Source: Dermatophilaceae bacterium
Lineage (GTDB): Bacteria; Actinomycetota; Actinomycetes; Actinomycetales; Dermatophilaceae
Direction of reading: 5' to 3'
DNA length: 64,000 nt
Assembly (NCBI GenBank): GCA_036385355.1
Contig: DASVKO010000026.1
Span: forward strand, 849 to 64,848
Shown: one piece after another, positions 48,591-58,387 of the stretch
How the letters are laid out: the number at the start of each line of letters is the position of its first letter
Numbering within the stretch: position 1 is the stretch's first letter
The notes under the pieces: generated by a model
The model's input: the letters and a program-made list of their open reading frames with translations, nothing else
What the model was told of the DNA's origin: nothing
Database searches by the model: none
Program-made: the position numbers and the translations under genes

Positions 48591-51022
48591 CGGGCCGGGC
48601 GCGTCATCCGGGTCAGGGGGTGGACGCGATGCTGGCCGCGATCGCGACACTGGTCGCAGCCTGGCCGATCTCCACCCTCCTTGGCGAACCAACCTGGGTG
48701 GGCGGCACGGTGCTCCTGCTCGTGGTGGTTGCCCTCAGCGGCGTGGCCGCCAGGTCCCTGGCCCTGCGCGGCTGGCAGGTCCTGCTGCTGCAGCTCGCGT
48801 GTCTGGTCCTCGCGGCGAGCGCCACCTTCGGCCGGGGTCATCTGTGGCACGGCCTGCCGACGTCTGAGACGCTGGGGCTGGCGGAGAGACTCGTGCGTGA
48901 GGCCGTCACCACTGCGCAGACGCACGCCGCCCCGGCCCCCACCACCCCTGGGCTGATCTTCGTGGTGGGCTGCGCCCTCGGCCTGATCGCCCTTGCGGTG
49001 GACTACCTCGCCGTCACCCGCCGCTCCCCCTCGCTGGCCGGCCTGCCCCTGCTGACGGTGTTCCTGGCTGTCGTCGCCAACCGGGGCTCGGCGCTGCCGA
49101 TCGCCTTCTTCCTGGCAACTGCCGCCATGTGGCTCATCCTGGTCGCCAGGGCAGGTGGCGCCCTGCTGCGCCGATGGGGAACCACGGTGACCGTGGCCCA
49201 CACACCCGCCCCGCAGAACCTGGATTCCCGGGGCTTCTACGAGTACGCCTCGGCGGCAAGGACGCTGGGTGCGATTGCACTGGTCGTCGCGGTAGCCCTG
49301 CCCGTCGTGCTGCCCAAGCCGCCACCGACCTTCGTCGCGTCCGGTCTTGGCCGTCACGCCCCGGGGGCCAGCACGGGCTCCGGCGGGGTGGGGTTCTCCC
49401 TGAGCCTCGATCTGGCCGCCGACCTCGAGAACCCGAGCAAGGCACCGGTTCTCGAGTACACGACCTCCGACGCGTCACCGCCACCGCTGCGGGTCGCCGT
49501 CGGCTCCTACTACCGGCCCGAGCCAGGCGTATGGCTACCGTGGGGCCGGCCCTCGCCAATCCTGTCCACCCACCCCGACGTACCCGCCCCCGCAGGGCTG
49601 TCGCCCTCTGTCCCCAGAAAGACCTTGCTGCTGAACTTCCGGCGCAACCTGCTCGCCGATCCCAACCTGGCTGCTCCGTATCCACTGATCGACGCCAATC
49701 TCGCCGGAATAGCCTGGGGAACGGACGCCCAGACCCAGAGCATCACGGTGGCCCAGCGTCCGGACTCCTACACAACCTCCTACTGGCACCTGAACCCCAG
49801 CACCTCGATGCTGCAGGGCGCGCCCTCGATGCGTGCCCGCGACCGCTACCTCTTCGACCTGGACCTGACCCTGTCCGGGCCGTATGTCGAGAAGGTCACC
49901 TCCCTGACCGAACGGCTCACCTCCGGCAAGTCCGCCGCCTATGACAAGGCCATGGCCATCCAGCAGTACCTGCGCGCCGATGGCGGCTTCACCTACTCCC
50001 TGACCCTGGCTCCCCCCGCCAGAAACGCCTCCGGGAGGGATGCCGGGTTCGATCCGCTGACGAACTTCCTGGTCACCAAGCAGGGCTACTGCGTGCAGTT
50101 CGCGACGGCCATGGTGATGATGTCGCGCGCTGCCGGCATACCCGCACGGATGGCTCTCGGATTCCTTCCCGGGACCAAGGCCAAGGGCGTCTGGACTGTC
50201 CTGGCAGCCGACGCCCATGCCTGGCCGGAGCTCTATCTCGAAGGGATGGGGTGGACCCGTTTCGAGCCCACGCCCTCGCGTGCAGCCCCCCCGCCGTACG
50301 CCATTCCCGCGACGTCGCCCGGAACTGCCGCCGAAGGCCGCTCACCGGGCAACGCCACTGCCCCCGCTCCCCTGAGCAGCGCGCGCAAGGACCTGGCCGA
50401 CTCTCCCGCGGGCAGCGGCCCGAACGCACCGGTCGGGCTGAGCCCGGCTTCCGTACTCCGGTGGATGACCCGCGGTTGGGGTGCAGTCCTGCTCGGATCC
50501 CTGATAGGGCTGTTCGGGTCCATGGTCGTGCCCACGGCAGCGCTGTGGCGACGCCGGCGAGGACTGCACGCAGCCAGAACGACCGCTCAACGAGTGGAGG
50601 CCGAGTGGGAGCTCCTGACGTCCTCGCTGGGCGATCTCGGCATTCCGCCTGCGCCGAGCCGAACCCCGCGACAGCTGCGCACCTACTACGACCGGGAGGC
50701 CAGGCTTGACGGTGCAGCCTCCGAGGCGCTGGACAGGATCGTCCAGACGCTGGAACGCTCGCGCTATGCACTGTCACCTCCACGCCCGGGCGGTCTGTCC
50801 GCCGATGCCAGGCAGGTCTTCAGGGCAGCTTCCGCCACCAGCCGGGGCAGGAACCGCGTCCGGGCGGCCCTGTGGCCCAGCGCGGGCATCATCCAGCTTC
50901 GCTCAGCGAGATCCCGTTTCTCGTGGCGCATCCAGACGTCCGTCCGCAGGATCAGCGACCTGCCGGACCGGCTGCTTCACCGCCGACAGCCAGCACACGC
51001 TCCCCCGGCCGCCCCGAGGTGA
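48587..51022 (+). CDS. transglutaminase-like membrane protein (DUF3488/TgpA-like with C-terminal DUF4129-like region)
   Basis: GTGA overlap with the DUF58 stop. Multiple N-terminal TM segments. Catalytic core QGYCVQFATAMVMMSRAAGIPARMALGF...DAHAWPELYL...WTRFEPTP. An alternative ATG lies at 48629. Confidence 0.88.
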   Translation: MTGRARHPGQGVDAMLAAIATLVAAWPISTLLGEPTWVGGTVLLLVVVALSGVAARSLALRGWQVLLLQLACLVLAASATFGRGHLWHGLPTSETLGLAERLVREAVTTAQTHAAPAPTTPGLIFVVGCALGLIALAVDYLAVTRRSPSLAGLPLLTVFLAVVANRGSALPIAFFLATAAMWLILVARAGGALLRRWGTTVTVAHTPAPQNLDSRGFYEYASAARTLGAIALVVAVALPVVLPKPPPTFVASGLGRHAPGASTGSGGVGFSLSLDLAADLENPSKAPVLEYTTSDASPPPLRVAVGSYYRPEPGVWLPWGRPSPILSTHPDVPAPAGLSPSVPRKTLLLNFRRNLLADPNLAAPYPLIDANLAGIAWGTDAQTQSITVAQRPDSYTTSYWHLNPSTSMLQGAPSMRARDRYLFDLDLTLSGPYVEKVTSLTERLTSGKSAAYDKAMAIQQYLRADGGFTYSLTLAPPARNASGRDAGFDPLTNFLVTKQGYCVQFATAMVMMSRAAGIPARMALGFLPGTKAKGVWTVLAADAHAWPELYLEGMGWTRFEPTPSRAAPPPYAIPATSPGTAAEGRSPGNATAPAPLSSARKDLADSPAGSGPNAPVGLSPASVLRWMTRGWGAVLLGSLIGLFGSMVVPTAALWRRRRGLHAARTTAQRVEAEWELLTSSLGDLGIPPAPSRTPRQLRTYYDREARLDGAASEALDRIVQTLERSRYALSPPRPGGLSADARQVFRAASATSRGRNRVRAALWPSAGIIQLRSARSRFSWRIQTSVRRISDLPDRLLHRRQPAHAPPAAPR

Positions 51023-51041
51023 GCTGCCCGGCACCGCCTAC

Positions 51042-51398
51042 GTGTATGAGACCAACGAGATCGGTCCCAACCGCTACCTGACGGTCGACCACCACAACCA
51101 GGGCCAGGTCCTGACGTTCGACCGCTCCGGAAGGGTGCTGTGGCGCTATGCCCCGACCGGGAGCACGGCCCTGAACAAGCCCTCGCTGGCGCTTTCGCTG
51201 CCCGGCGGGAACGTCCTGATTGCCGACTCGGCCAACCACCGGGTGATGGTCGTGGACGCCCGCACCAAGGCCGTCGTCTGGCAGTACGGTCAGACCACGG
51301 TCGCCGGAGCTCGCCCAGGACAGCTGAACAAACCCACCTGCCTCGACTTCCTCCCACCCGGCTCGCGGCTGGTCAGGAACGCCGCAACGATGGGCTGA
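51042..51398 (+). CDS. short NHL/beta-propeller-repeat-like hypothetical protein (possibly a gene fragment)
   Basis: In-frame GTG 20 nt after the transglutaminase stop. Two NHL-like blades (NKPSLALSLPGGNVLIADSANHRVMVVD and GQLNKPTCLDFLP). Too short for a full propeller. Confidence 0.35.
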   Translation: MYETNEIGPNRYLTVDHHNQGQVLTFDRSGRVLWRYAPTGSTALNKPSLALSLPGGNVLIADSANHRVMVVDARTKAVVWQYGQTTVAGARPGQLNKPTCLDFLPPGSRLVRNAATMG

Positions 51399-51423
51399 GC
51401 CACCACACCCGGCGCGGGCTGAG

Positions 51424-51948
51424 TCACCAGGAGCCGAACGACGTCGGGCGTGGCTTGATGGTGGCCAGGTCGATGGTCGACGTCGTCTCGGACGGCAGGC
51501 CGGCGGAGGCCTTCTCGGCTGCGTCGTTGGCAAGGATGTCAGCGGCGGTGTTCAGCGGGTACTTGTTGCCCGGGTCGTGTCCGGGGACCTTCACGAATTC
51601 CACGGTGCCGACCCGGGTGTCCAGGGCGGCCCAGATGGCGGCGACGATGTCGGCGTTCTTCACCGGCTGCCGTTTGGAGTTGCGCATCCCGTTGCGCTCC
51701 CAGCCTGCCCGCCAGGTCGTGGAGCAGTCCCGTGCGTACGTGGAGTCGATCTGAATGACCAGGTGATCGATATCGGGATGATCGGTCAGGGCATCCAGGA
51801 CAGCGCGCAGCTCGGCGATGTTGTTGGTGCCTTTGGCCTGCCCGGACGAGTGGTAGGTCCCGTGCTCGTCCACCCAGGCCCAGCCGGCCGGGCCCGGGTT
51901 CCCCAGGCACGCGCCGTCGGTACCGACCGTCAACGATCCGTCTTGCAT
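51424..51948 (-). CDS. rnhA: ribonuclease HI
   Basis: 174 aa: TDGACLGNPGPAGWAWV, NNIAELRAV, IQIDSTY, NTAADILANDAA (DEDD residues). Confidence 0.92.
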   Translation of the reverse strand: MQDGSLTVGTDGACLGNPGPAGWAWVDEHGTYHSSGQAKGTNNIAELRAVLDALTDHPDIDHLVIQIDSTYARDCSTTWRAGWERNGMRNSKRQPVKNADIVAAIWAALDTRVGTVEFVKVPGHDPGNKYPLNTAADILANDAAEKASAGLPSETTSTIDLATIKPRPTSFGSW

Positions 51949-51974
51949 GTCAGTCCCTCTTGTTGGGCTGATGC

Positions 51975-53618
51975 TCAGTCCAGGTAGTCGCGAAGGACCT
52001 GCGAGCGCGACGGGTGACGAAGCTTGCTCATCGTCTTGGACTCGATCTGACGAATCCGCTCCCTGGTCACGCCATAGACCTTGCCGATCTCGTCGAGAGT
52101 CTTGGGCTGGCCGTCCGCCAGACCGAAACGCATCGAGACCACGCCGGCCTCGCGCTCGGAGAGCGTATCCAGCACGGAGTGCAGCTGCTCCTGCAGCAAC
52201 GTGAACGACACTGCGTCGGCGGGCACGACGGCCTCGGAGTCCTCGATGAGGTCCCCGAACTCGCTGTCACCGTCCTCGCCCAGCGGCGTATGCAGGGAGA
52301 TGGGCTCGCGACCGTATTTCTGGACCTCGACGACCTTCTCCGGAGTCATGTCGAGCTCTTTGGCGAGCTCCTCAGGTGTCGGCTCGCGGCCCAGGTCCTG
52401 CAGCATCTGGCGCTGGACGCGGGCCAGCTTGTTGATGACCTCGACCATGTGCACGGGGATGCGGATGGTGCGGGCCTGGTCAGCCATGGCACGGGTGATG
52501 GCCTGGCGAATCCACCAGGTGGCATAGGTCGAGAACTTGAAGCCCTTGGTGTAGTCGAACTTCTCGACGGCACGGATCAGACCGAGGTTGCCCTCCTGGA
52601 TCAGGTCAAGGAAGAGCATGCCTCGGCCGGTGTAACGCTTGGCCAGCGAGACCACCAACCGCAGGTTGGCCTCGAGCAGGTGGTTCTTGGCGTTCTTGCC
52701 GTCCTGGGAGATCCACCACAGCTCGCGTTTGAGCTTCATGTCCATCTTGCCGCCGGCGTTGAGCTTCTCCTCGGCGAACAGACCGGCCTCGATGCGCTTG
52801 GCGAGCTCGACCTCCTGCTCTGCGTTGAGCAGGGCAACCTTGCCGATCTGCTTGAGGTAGTCCTTGACCGGGTCAGCCGTCGCACCCGCGGTCACGACCT
52901 GCTGGGCCGGCGCGTCATCCTCATCGTCGTCTCGCATGACGAAACCTTTGGTCTCGTCACCCTCGTCCTCGGCGGCCTTGGCCTTGACCTTGGCCTCGTC
53001 GGCCTCATTCTTGCCGTCATCGTCAACGCCACTGGTGTCCTGGGTTGCGGCGTCGCTCTTGCCGGCCTTCCGGGAAACCGCCTTCTTGGCGGCCGCCCTC
53101 TTCACCGGGGGCTTCCGCGTCCGCGCCGTAGCGGCCTCAACGTCCGGCTCGGCATTGGCAGCCCGCTTGGCCGTCGGTGACGAAGCAGTCTTTGCTGCGC
53201 CTGTCTTGGCCTCGGGCGCAGGCTTCGTCGCGGTCTTCTTCGCCGCCGCGGACTTCGCCGGATCGGCTACCGGTTTGCCCGCAGTAGCCTTCGCTGCGGT
53301 CTTCTTCGCGGCAGCCCTCTTGGTCGCGGTGGCTGTCGCGGTGGCACGAGATGCGGTGGCTGCGACAGCTCGATGTGCTGTCGCCTCGTCCAGGGTCACG
53401 TGGATCCCCTGCTGGTCCAGCGAACGAAGGACCGCCTTCATCCGTTTGGGGGTGATCTCGGCGTCCACCAATGCAACTCGCAGCTGCTCGCTGTCGACCG
53501 AACCGTGAGTCTTGCCAATCCGCACCAGCTGCTCAAGTGCGGGGTGGGCGAACTCGGCTGGAACCTTGGTGGGTGGAACTATCGCAGACAGGGATGAAAC
53601 CTTAGACACAGTCGACAC
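51975..53618 (-). CDS. rpoD: principal RNA polymerase sigma-70 factor (RpoD/HrdB/SigA type)
   Basis: 547 aa. Lys/Ala-rich N-terminal region. Region 2 [39 protein letters not shown], region 4 [23 protein letters not shown]. Confidence 0.96.
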   Translation of the reverse strand: MSTVSKVSSLSAIVPPTKVPAEFAHPALEQLVRIGKTHGSVDSEQLRVALVDAEITPKRMKAVLRSLDQQGIHVTLDEATAHRAVAATASRATATATATKRAAAKKTAAKATAGKPVADPAKSAAAKKTATKPAPEAKTGAAKTASSPTAKRAANAEPDVEAATARTRKPPVKRAAAKKAVSRKAGKSDAATQDTSGVDDDGKNEADEAKVKAKAAEDEGDETKGFVMRDDDEDDAPAQQVVTAGATADPVKDYLKQIGKVALLNAEQEVELAKRIEAGLFAEEKLNAGGKMDMKLKRELWWISQDGKNAKNHLLEANLRLVVSLAKRYTGRGMLFLDLIQEGNLGLIRAVEKFDYTKGFKFSTYATWWIRQAITRAMADQARTIRIPVHMVEVINKLARVQRQMLQDLGREPTPEELAKELDMTPEKVVEVQKYGREPISLHTPLGEDGDSEFGDLIEDSEAVVPADAVSFTLLQEQLHSVLDTLSEREAGVVSMRFGLADGQPKTLDEIGKVYGVTRERIRQIESKTMSKLRHPSRSQVLRDYLD

Positions 53619-53993
53619 CGACTACCTTTCGTCGCGAGGACATTGCAACGCATGGGGTCAGTCGCCGGCGCAGAAGCGTGAACGGTGACCACTGATGGGC
53701 GGGAGGAGTTTGCGACGACCGGGTCCGGCGGTAGGGATTTCCGGTCGTGCTCATGACCATTGTAAAACGTCAGGTGACATGCTACCGCCTCGGCACCCCG
53801 ACATGGTGCTCTTGACGTACGGCCGTGTCACGGTCGCAGACCCCCCGGAATGGATGACGGACGCCCGCGGACATCAGCAGCAACAGCCGTGACATCCGCG
53901 AGTGGCACGGTGAGCGCCACGTTTTCATATCAGATACCACAACGCCGCGCGCAGGCAAACACTTCCCCGAACCGGTCAGCTCGGCCCGACAGG

Positions 53994-54401
53994 TCAGTCG
54001 TTGACCCCGGCCTTGACGGCCAGCACCGGGCATGAGGCGTCTAGCAGGATGCGCTGGGCGTTGGACCCCAGGATCAGCTTGCCGACCGGAGTGCGGCGGC
54101 GCAGACCGATCACGATGAAGTCCGCGTTGACCTCGTTTGCCACCTCGATCAGGTCCTGTGAGGGTTCGTTCCCGCGGACGAGCTGGCGGACCTCGTGCTC
54201 CACGCCGGCCTCGTCAAGGTGATTCTGGACAGAGAGCAGCTCAGCCTCGAATCTGCGGGCCTCTTCCGCGTCGAAGTCCTTGCCCCCACGGCTGGAGTTG
54301 ATGACGATCAACTTGGTGCGCCGCAACAGGGACTCCTCGGAAGCGCGGCGCAATGCTGCGCGGCCTTCCTTGGTCGGCACGTAACCCACAATAACGGACA
54401 C
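53994..54401 (-). CDS. universal stress protein (UspA family)
   Basis: The GTG at 54401 is preceded by AAGGAGG at 7 nt. VSVIVGYVPTKEG...ADFIVIGLRRRTPVGKLILGSNAQRILLDASCPVLAVK. The ORF-track start at 54563 overlaps the metX 3' end. Confidence 0.88.
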   Translation of the reverse strand: MSVIVGYVPTKEGRAALRRASEESLLRRTKLIVINSSRGGKDFDAEEARRFEAELLSVQNHLDEAGVEHEVRQLVRGNEPSQDLIEVANEVNADFIVIGLRRRTPVGKLILGSNAQRILLDASCPVLAVKAGVND

Positions 54402-54465
54402 CTGGAAACCTCCTTGTTCACCACATCGCGGCGACACTGCCACGGGTGGCAACGCTATCCGATTA

Positions 54466-55683
54466 TCAGTCGGATGGTTCTCCGGCACCGATCGCGCGTG
54501 ACAACGATTCGCGCACGATCTTGCCGACCTGTTCGATCTCAATGAGGAAACCGTCGTGGCCATGATCCGAGGTGATCACGTGAGCGGGGCCCGAACTGGC
54601 GCTGCACATCGCCATCTCGTGGGACAGCCGGGGCGGATAGAGCCGGTCGGAGTCGATTGCCACCACGACCAGATCGGCAGTCACACGCTCCAGGGCGGCC
54701 TGCACGCCCCCGCGTCCGCGACCCACATCGTGGGAGTTCATCGACTCGGTGAGGACCACGTAGGAGTTGGCGTCGAACCGGGCCGCAAGAGTGTCGGCGT
54801 GATGGTCGAGGTAGCTCTCCACGGCGTACCGGCCGCCCCCGCCGAGCGGCTGCTCCTCGCCCTGGGCCGAGCGACCGAAGCGGGAGTCCAGCTCGGGCTC
54901 GCTGCGGTAGGTCACATGCGCGATCCGGCGGGCGAGCCCGAGTCCGAGGTCGGGACCGTGCGGACGTGCGTAGTAGTCGCCGCCCGCGAAGTCCGGGTCC
55001 TGGCGGATGGCCAGCAGCTGAGGCTGGCACCAGGCGATCTGTTCGGCCGTCGCGTACGCCGAGCCGGCCAGCACGATGCACCGGCGGACGCGTTCGGGGT
55101 AGGTCACGGCCCACTCCAGGGCTCGCATGCCGCCCATCGAGCCCCCGAGGACAGCGGCCCAGACGGAGATCCCCAACCGGTCTGCCAGAGCCGCCTCAGC
55201 AGCAACCTGGTCACGAACTGTCACAAAGGGGAACCTGCTCCCCCACGGTCGCCCGTCAGGTGCAGGCGAGGACGGGCCCGTGCTGCCCTGGCAACCTCCG
55301 ATGACGTTGCTTGCCACGACGAACCAGCGGTCGGTGTCCAGGGGTGCGCCCGGGCCGATCAGCCCTTCCCACCACCCCGATGTCGGATGTCCCTCACCCG
55401 CCGGTCCGGTGACGTGGCTGTCACCGGTCAGGGCGTGCTCGACCATGATCGCGTTGTCACGCGCAGGGTTGAGGGTCCCCCAGGTCTCATAGGCGATGCG
55501 CACCTGCGGGAGTGCTCCACCCGCCTCGAACCTGAGGCTGCCGATGTCCACACTGCGCCGGGACCCCTGCGCAGATCCCTCGCGCCAGGCTCCGGTGGGC
55601 CAGTGCGCCGACTGGTCCGCCGGCTGAGGCTGGGTCGAAGGATCCACTGCTCGCAATCGGTGACGTTTTGCGGTGACGGTCAC
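54466..55683 (-). CDS. metX: homoserine O-acetyltransferase
   Basis: Strong similarity (from memory) to the mycobacterial homoserine O-acetyltransferase: VRIAYETWGTLNPARDNAIMVEHALTGDSHVTGPAG, GGSMGGMRALEW, HDGFLIE. The GTG at 55683 has CTGGAG 6 nt upstream. The longer ORF (to 55845) runs through the riboswitch. Confidence 0.92.
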   Translation of the reverse strand: MTVTAKRHRLRAVDPSTQPQPADQSAHWPTGAWREGSAQGSRRSVDIGSLRFEAGGALPQVRIAYETWGTLNPARDNAIMVEHALTGDSHVTGPAGEGHPTSGWWEGLIGPGAPLDTDRWFVVASNVIGGCQGSTGPSSPAPDGRPWGSRFPFVTVRDQVAAEAALADRLGISVWAAVLGGSMGGMRALEWAVTYPERVRRCIVLAGSAYATAEQIAWCQPQLLAIRQDPDFAGGDYYARPHGPDLGLGLARRIAHVTYRSEPELDSRFGRSAQGEEQPLGGGGRYAVESYLDHHADTLAARFDANSYVVLTESMNSHDVGRGRGGVQAALERVTADLVVVAIDSDRLYPPRLSHEMAMCSASSGPAHVITSDHGHDGFLIEIEQVGKIVRESLSRAIGAGEPSD

Positions 55684-55717
55684 GATAAGCTCCAGAATGA
55701 TCTGGGCCCGCCGTAAA

Positions 55718-55836
55718 GGTCCGGGCCCGCGCTTGCCAACTCTGGTTCGAGCCGGCCGGGTCATCACCCGGGGCACCCCACCGCGGAGGAGGGTTGCCGC
55801 CCAGCGAGCCGGGGCTTGACGCTGGAACTCATGACC
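55718..55836 (-). promoter_or_regulatory. SAM-IV riboswitch (S-adenosylmethionine sensing) in the metX leader
   Basis: The minus strand reads GGTCATGAGTTCCAGCGTCAAGCCCCGGCTCGCTGGGCGGCAACCCTCCTCCGCGGTGGGGTGCCCCGGGTGATGACC...GGCAAGCGCGGGCC. The conserved core is almost identical to the actinobacterial SAM-IV sequence as I remember it. Confidence 0.85.
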
Positions 55837-55917
55837 TGGAGCCAACTATACGGAATGCGCGCCCTGACCGGGAGCATTTGTCCACCTCGTGAACAACCTT
55901 GTGCCCCGGTCAGGAGG

Positions 55918-57078
55918 TCAGGCGGATGCTCGCTCAGGCCGGATGGCCAGGTCCACCATCCGCTCGAGAAGCTGGGCCAGGCGGTATTGCGGGTCAACCC
56001 TGAGCGCACGATCAAGGGCGACTCGGGTCAGAGCCCCGTCTCCGCGCCACCAGGTGAAGGCCGCGAGCAGGGTCAGCGTCGAGACCGCCCACCCGTCCGG
56101 CAGTGCGGCGCTGAGCTCGCACAACCTCCGCTCGATCCGCTGCCGACCGATGACGTGCTCCATGCCGCCGACGTCCCCGGTGAGCCACTGCTCCGGCAGC
56201 ACCCGGTTCATCTGAGCGAACAGGATCGGGTCAATCAGGTCCACGGACAGGGTGCCGGGACACAGCCAGGCGATCAGCCCGTCACGCAGGTCCACATCGG
56301 TCAGCGACACCGCGAGCATGGCCAGATCCTGTGGTGGCAGCTCCCGGATCGGCTCGGCCTCGTCCTCGTCGCACAGAACTCGAGACCAGACTGCGAGCTC
56401 GCTCGCACGAAAGTCACGAAGCTCGCTCTCCTCAGCAGAGAGCTCAATCTCCTCAATGACCTCGCTCTCCGGGACAGGGAACCGGCTCTCCCCTGCGCTG
56501 AGTCCGGTCTGCCCTGCATCCGTGGCCTCCAGCCGTAGCTGCAACCACTCGTCCGCAAGTCGTGACACCACCGGGCTCAGCAGCGGGCTGTTCGGCTCCA
56601 GCAGATCCGCCAGCGCCGAACGGTCGGGCAGCGGGTAGATCTCACGTCCGACGAACTCCGCGACCGCCGGAACCTCGCTGGGAGGCGGCAGCGGCAGGCC
56701 CTCGGGCGGGCAGCACTTCTGGAGGCAGTCCAGGTCGAACCAGCGCCCTCCCCGCACGACCATGCGATCGGCGACCCTGACGCCGTGGGCCCGGCAGGCG
56801 TCGCCCATGTCGTCCAGCATCGCCCGGCTCTCACCCTCGCACTCCTCGAATCCAATGAGCAGCACGGCGCCGGGGCTGTCCTGCAGCAGCGGCACAATCA
56901 TCGCGTCGACGGCATCGCCAACGTGCTCCGGCGGCGGCAGGTCAATACGCTGGACCAACCCCATACGAGAGCCCCGCAGGCTCACGACCACCAAGCAGTC
57001 ATGGGGGTGGAAACCGAGCTGGTAGGGCAACACGGTGAGCACGTCGGCGGGCCCGTCCAGGCGGATCGTTGTCGTCAT
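55918..57078 (-). CDS. DUF4192 domain-containing protein
   Basis: Start MTTTIRLDGPADVLTVLPYQLGFHPHDCLVVVSL is the characteristic DUF4192 N-terminus. The ORF-track start at 57165 adds 29 aa. Confidence 0.78.
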   Translation of the reverse strand: MTTTIRLDGPADVLTVLPYQLGFHPHDCLVVVSLRGSRMGLVQRIDLPPPEHVGDAVDAMIVPLLQDSPGAVLLIGFEECEGESRAMLDDMGDACRAHGVRVADRMVVRGGRWFDLDCLQKCCPPEGLPLPPPSEVPAVAEFVGREIYPLPDRSALADLLEPNSPLLSPVVSRLADEWLQLRLEATDAGQTGLSAGESRFPVPESEVIEEIELSAEESELRDFRASELAVWSRVLCDEDEAEPIRELPPQDLAMLAVSLTDVDLRDGLIAWLCPGTLSVDLIDPILFAQMNRVLPEQWLTGDVGGMEHVIGRQRIERRLCELSAALPDGWAVSTLTLLAAFTWWRGDGALTRVALDRALRVDPQYRLAQLLERMVDLAIRPERASA

Positions 57079-57215
57079 AGGACGACTCTGGGACCGCTGG
57101 GCGGTCGCGTCATACGGCCTTGCGCGACCTGTGGACGGCGAGACGAGGACCCGACCCATGTGCATGAGTGCCGGCGACTCAACCCGGGGTCGCGGGTTCG
57201 GTCAGGTCGCGAAGG

Positions 57216-57584
57216 TCACACGACGACGTGACCTCGCACGGTGCGAGCACGCTCCCGTTCCCAGCCCAGGAACGACTCAGTCTCGTTGATCAGCGTCGCG
57301 GCGATCCAGCTGATGACCAGGGCGTCGTCGCCCAGTCCCAGGAGCGGCACGAACATCTCCGGCACCAGGTCGATGGGCGAGATGACGTAGAGCAGGGCAC
57401 CCACGATGGCGGCCAGCCGCCCCCGGGACGTCCCGGAATACTCGCCCCTGATGGTCGCCCAGGCCAGTCGAGGCAACGACGCCAGGCGGACTCCCACGCC
57501 AGGGGTGCCCGGGCGGGTCGCCGTGCGAAATGCGGTGGCCAGCGAGCGGAATGCTCCCCAGCGCAATGACTTGGCGGCAGCCAT
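57216..57584 (-). CDS. YkvA/DUF1232 family membrane protein
   Basis: 122 aa: LLYVISPIDLVPEMFVPLLGLGDDALVISW motif. Confidence 0.8.
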   Translation of the reverse strand: MAAAKSLRWGAFRSLATAFRTATRPGTPGVGVRLASLPRLAWATIRGEYSGTSRGRLAAIVGALLYVISPIDLVPEMFVPLLGLGDDALVISWIAATLINETESFLGWERERARTVRGHVVV

Positions 57585-57639
57585 GTGTGCTCCCTTCGGA
57601 AATGCCGGTCTCCTGATCTTCTCAGAGACGCTCAGTCTC

Positions 57640-58341
57640 TCAGGTAACCGTTCCTGCTTTCAACGGGAACTCCCGACGCGCGTGGTCGGCGATCCGCTTG
57701 AGCAGGTAGGTGTCGACACCGGCCCCCACCAGACCGCCGGCCACCGGCACCGCCTTGCCGAAACGGGTCACCGACTTCTTGCCGATCCGGCAGACCAGGC
57801 GGAACGCGACGCCTTTGCGGACCGCCATCAGCACCGGTCCCGGCAACCGCTGGGCGGCCAGGTTGACCAGCCGTCCGGTGCCTGCCGCGTCACTTGCCTT
57901 CCTGAGCAGGTCATCGGCCTCGGCGCCGACCAGAGCGAGCAGAATCGCAGAGCGCACCTCGGGCTGATCGATGTCATGACCACGGGTCACGGCGATACCG
58001 GCGACCATCCGGGTGGCCAGCAGGTAGAACCCCAGGACGTTGGCAGGCAACGCGACCGGAATGGCGACAAAGCCCCCCAGGCTCGTCACGAAGCCACTGG
58101 CGGCCGCGAGCCTCAGGTGCGACCGAACCATCGCGGCCACCGCCGACTCGATGTCGGGGTGCGCCTCGCCGGCTGCGCTCGCAATCCTCTGGGCCGAGCT
58201 GAACGGGCCGGCACCGTCGATCCCGATGTCCATCAGACGCTCGATCAGCGGCGAGGTGGTCCCGGGAGCCGGACTGCCGTCAACCCCGGACCATGAGGCG
58301 GCGTGGCCAGCGTGCCCGTCGTCCCTGCCAAGAATCTCCAC
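57640..58341 (-). CDS. EcsC family protein
   Basis: IDGAGPFSSAQRIA...SGFVTSLGGFVAIPVALPANVLGFYLLATRMVAGIAVTRGHD...VPVAGGLVGAGVDTYLL. The GTG at 58341 is preceded by GGGAGGA at 5 nt. The ATG at 58389 would overlap the ligB start codon. Confidence 0.65.
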   Translation of the reverse strand: MEILGRDDGHAGHAASWSGVDGSPAPGTTSPLIERLMDIGIDGAGPFSSAQRIASAAGEAHPDIESAVAAMVRSHLRLAAASGFVTSLGGFVAIPVALPANVLGFYLLATRMVAGIAVTRGHDIDQPEVRSAILLALVGAEADDLLRKASDAAGTGRLVNLAAQRLPGPVLMAVRKGVAFRLVCRIGKKSVTRFGKAVPVAGGLVGAGVDTYLLKRIADHARREFPLKAGTVT

Positions 58342-58387
58342 GAGCGTCCTCCCGTTGGCTGTCGGACCTGCCTGCCAATATTGGACC

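Noticed and set aside
55684-55845. N-terminal 54 codons of the longest metX ORF.
   Set aside because: This segment is the SAM-IV riboswitch. The real start is the GTG at 55683, which has an RBS.
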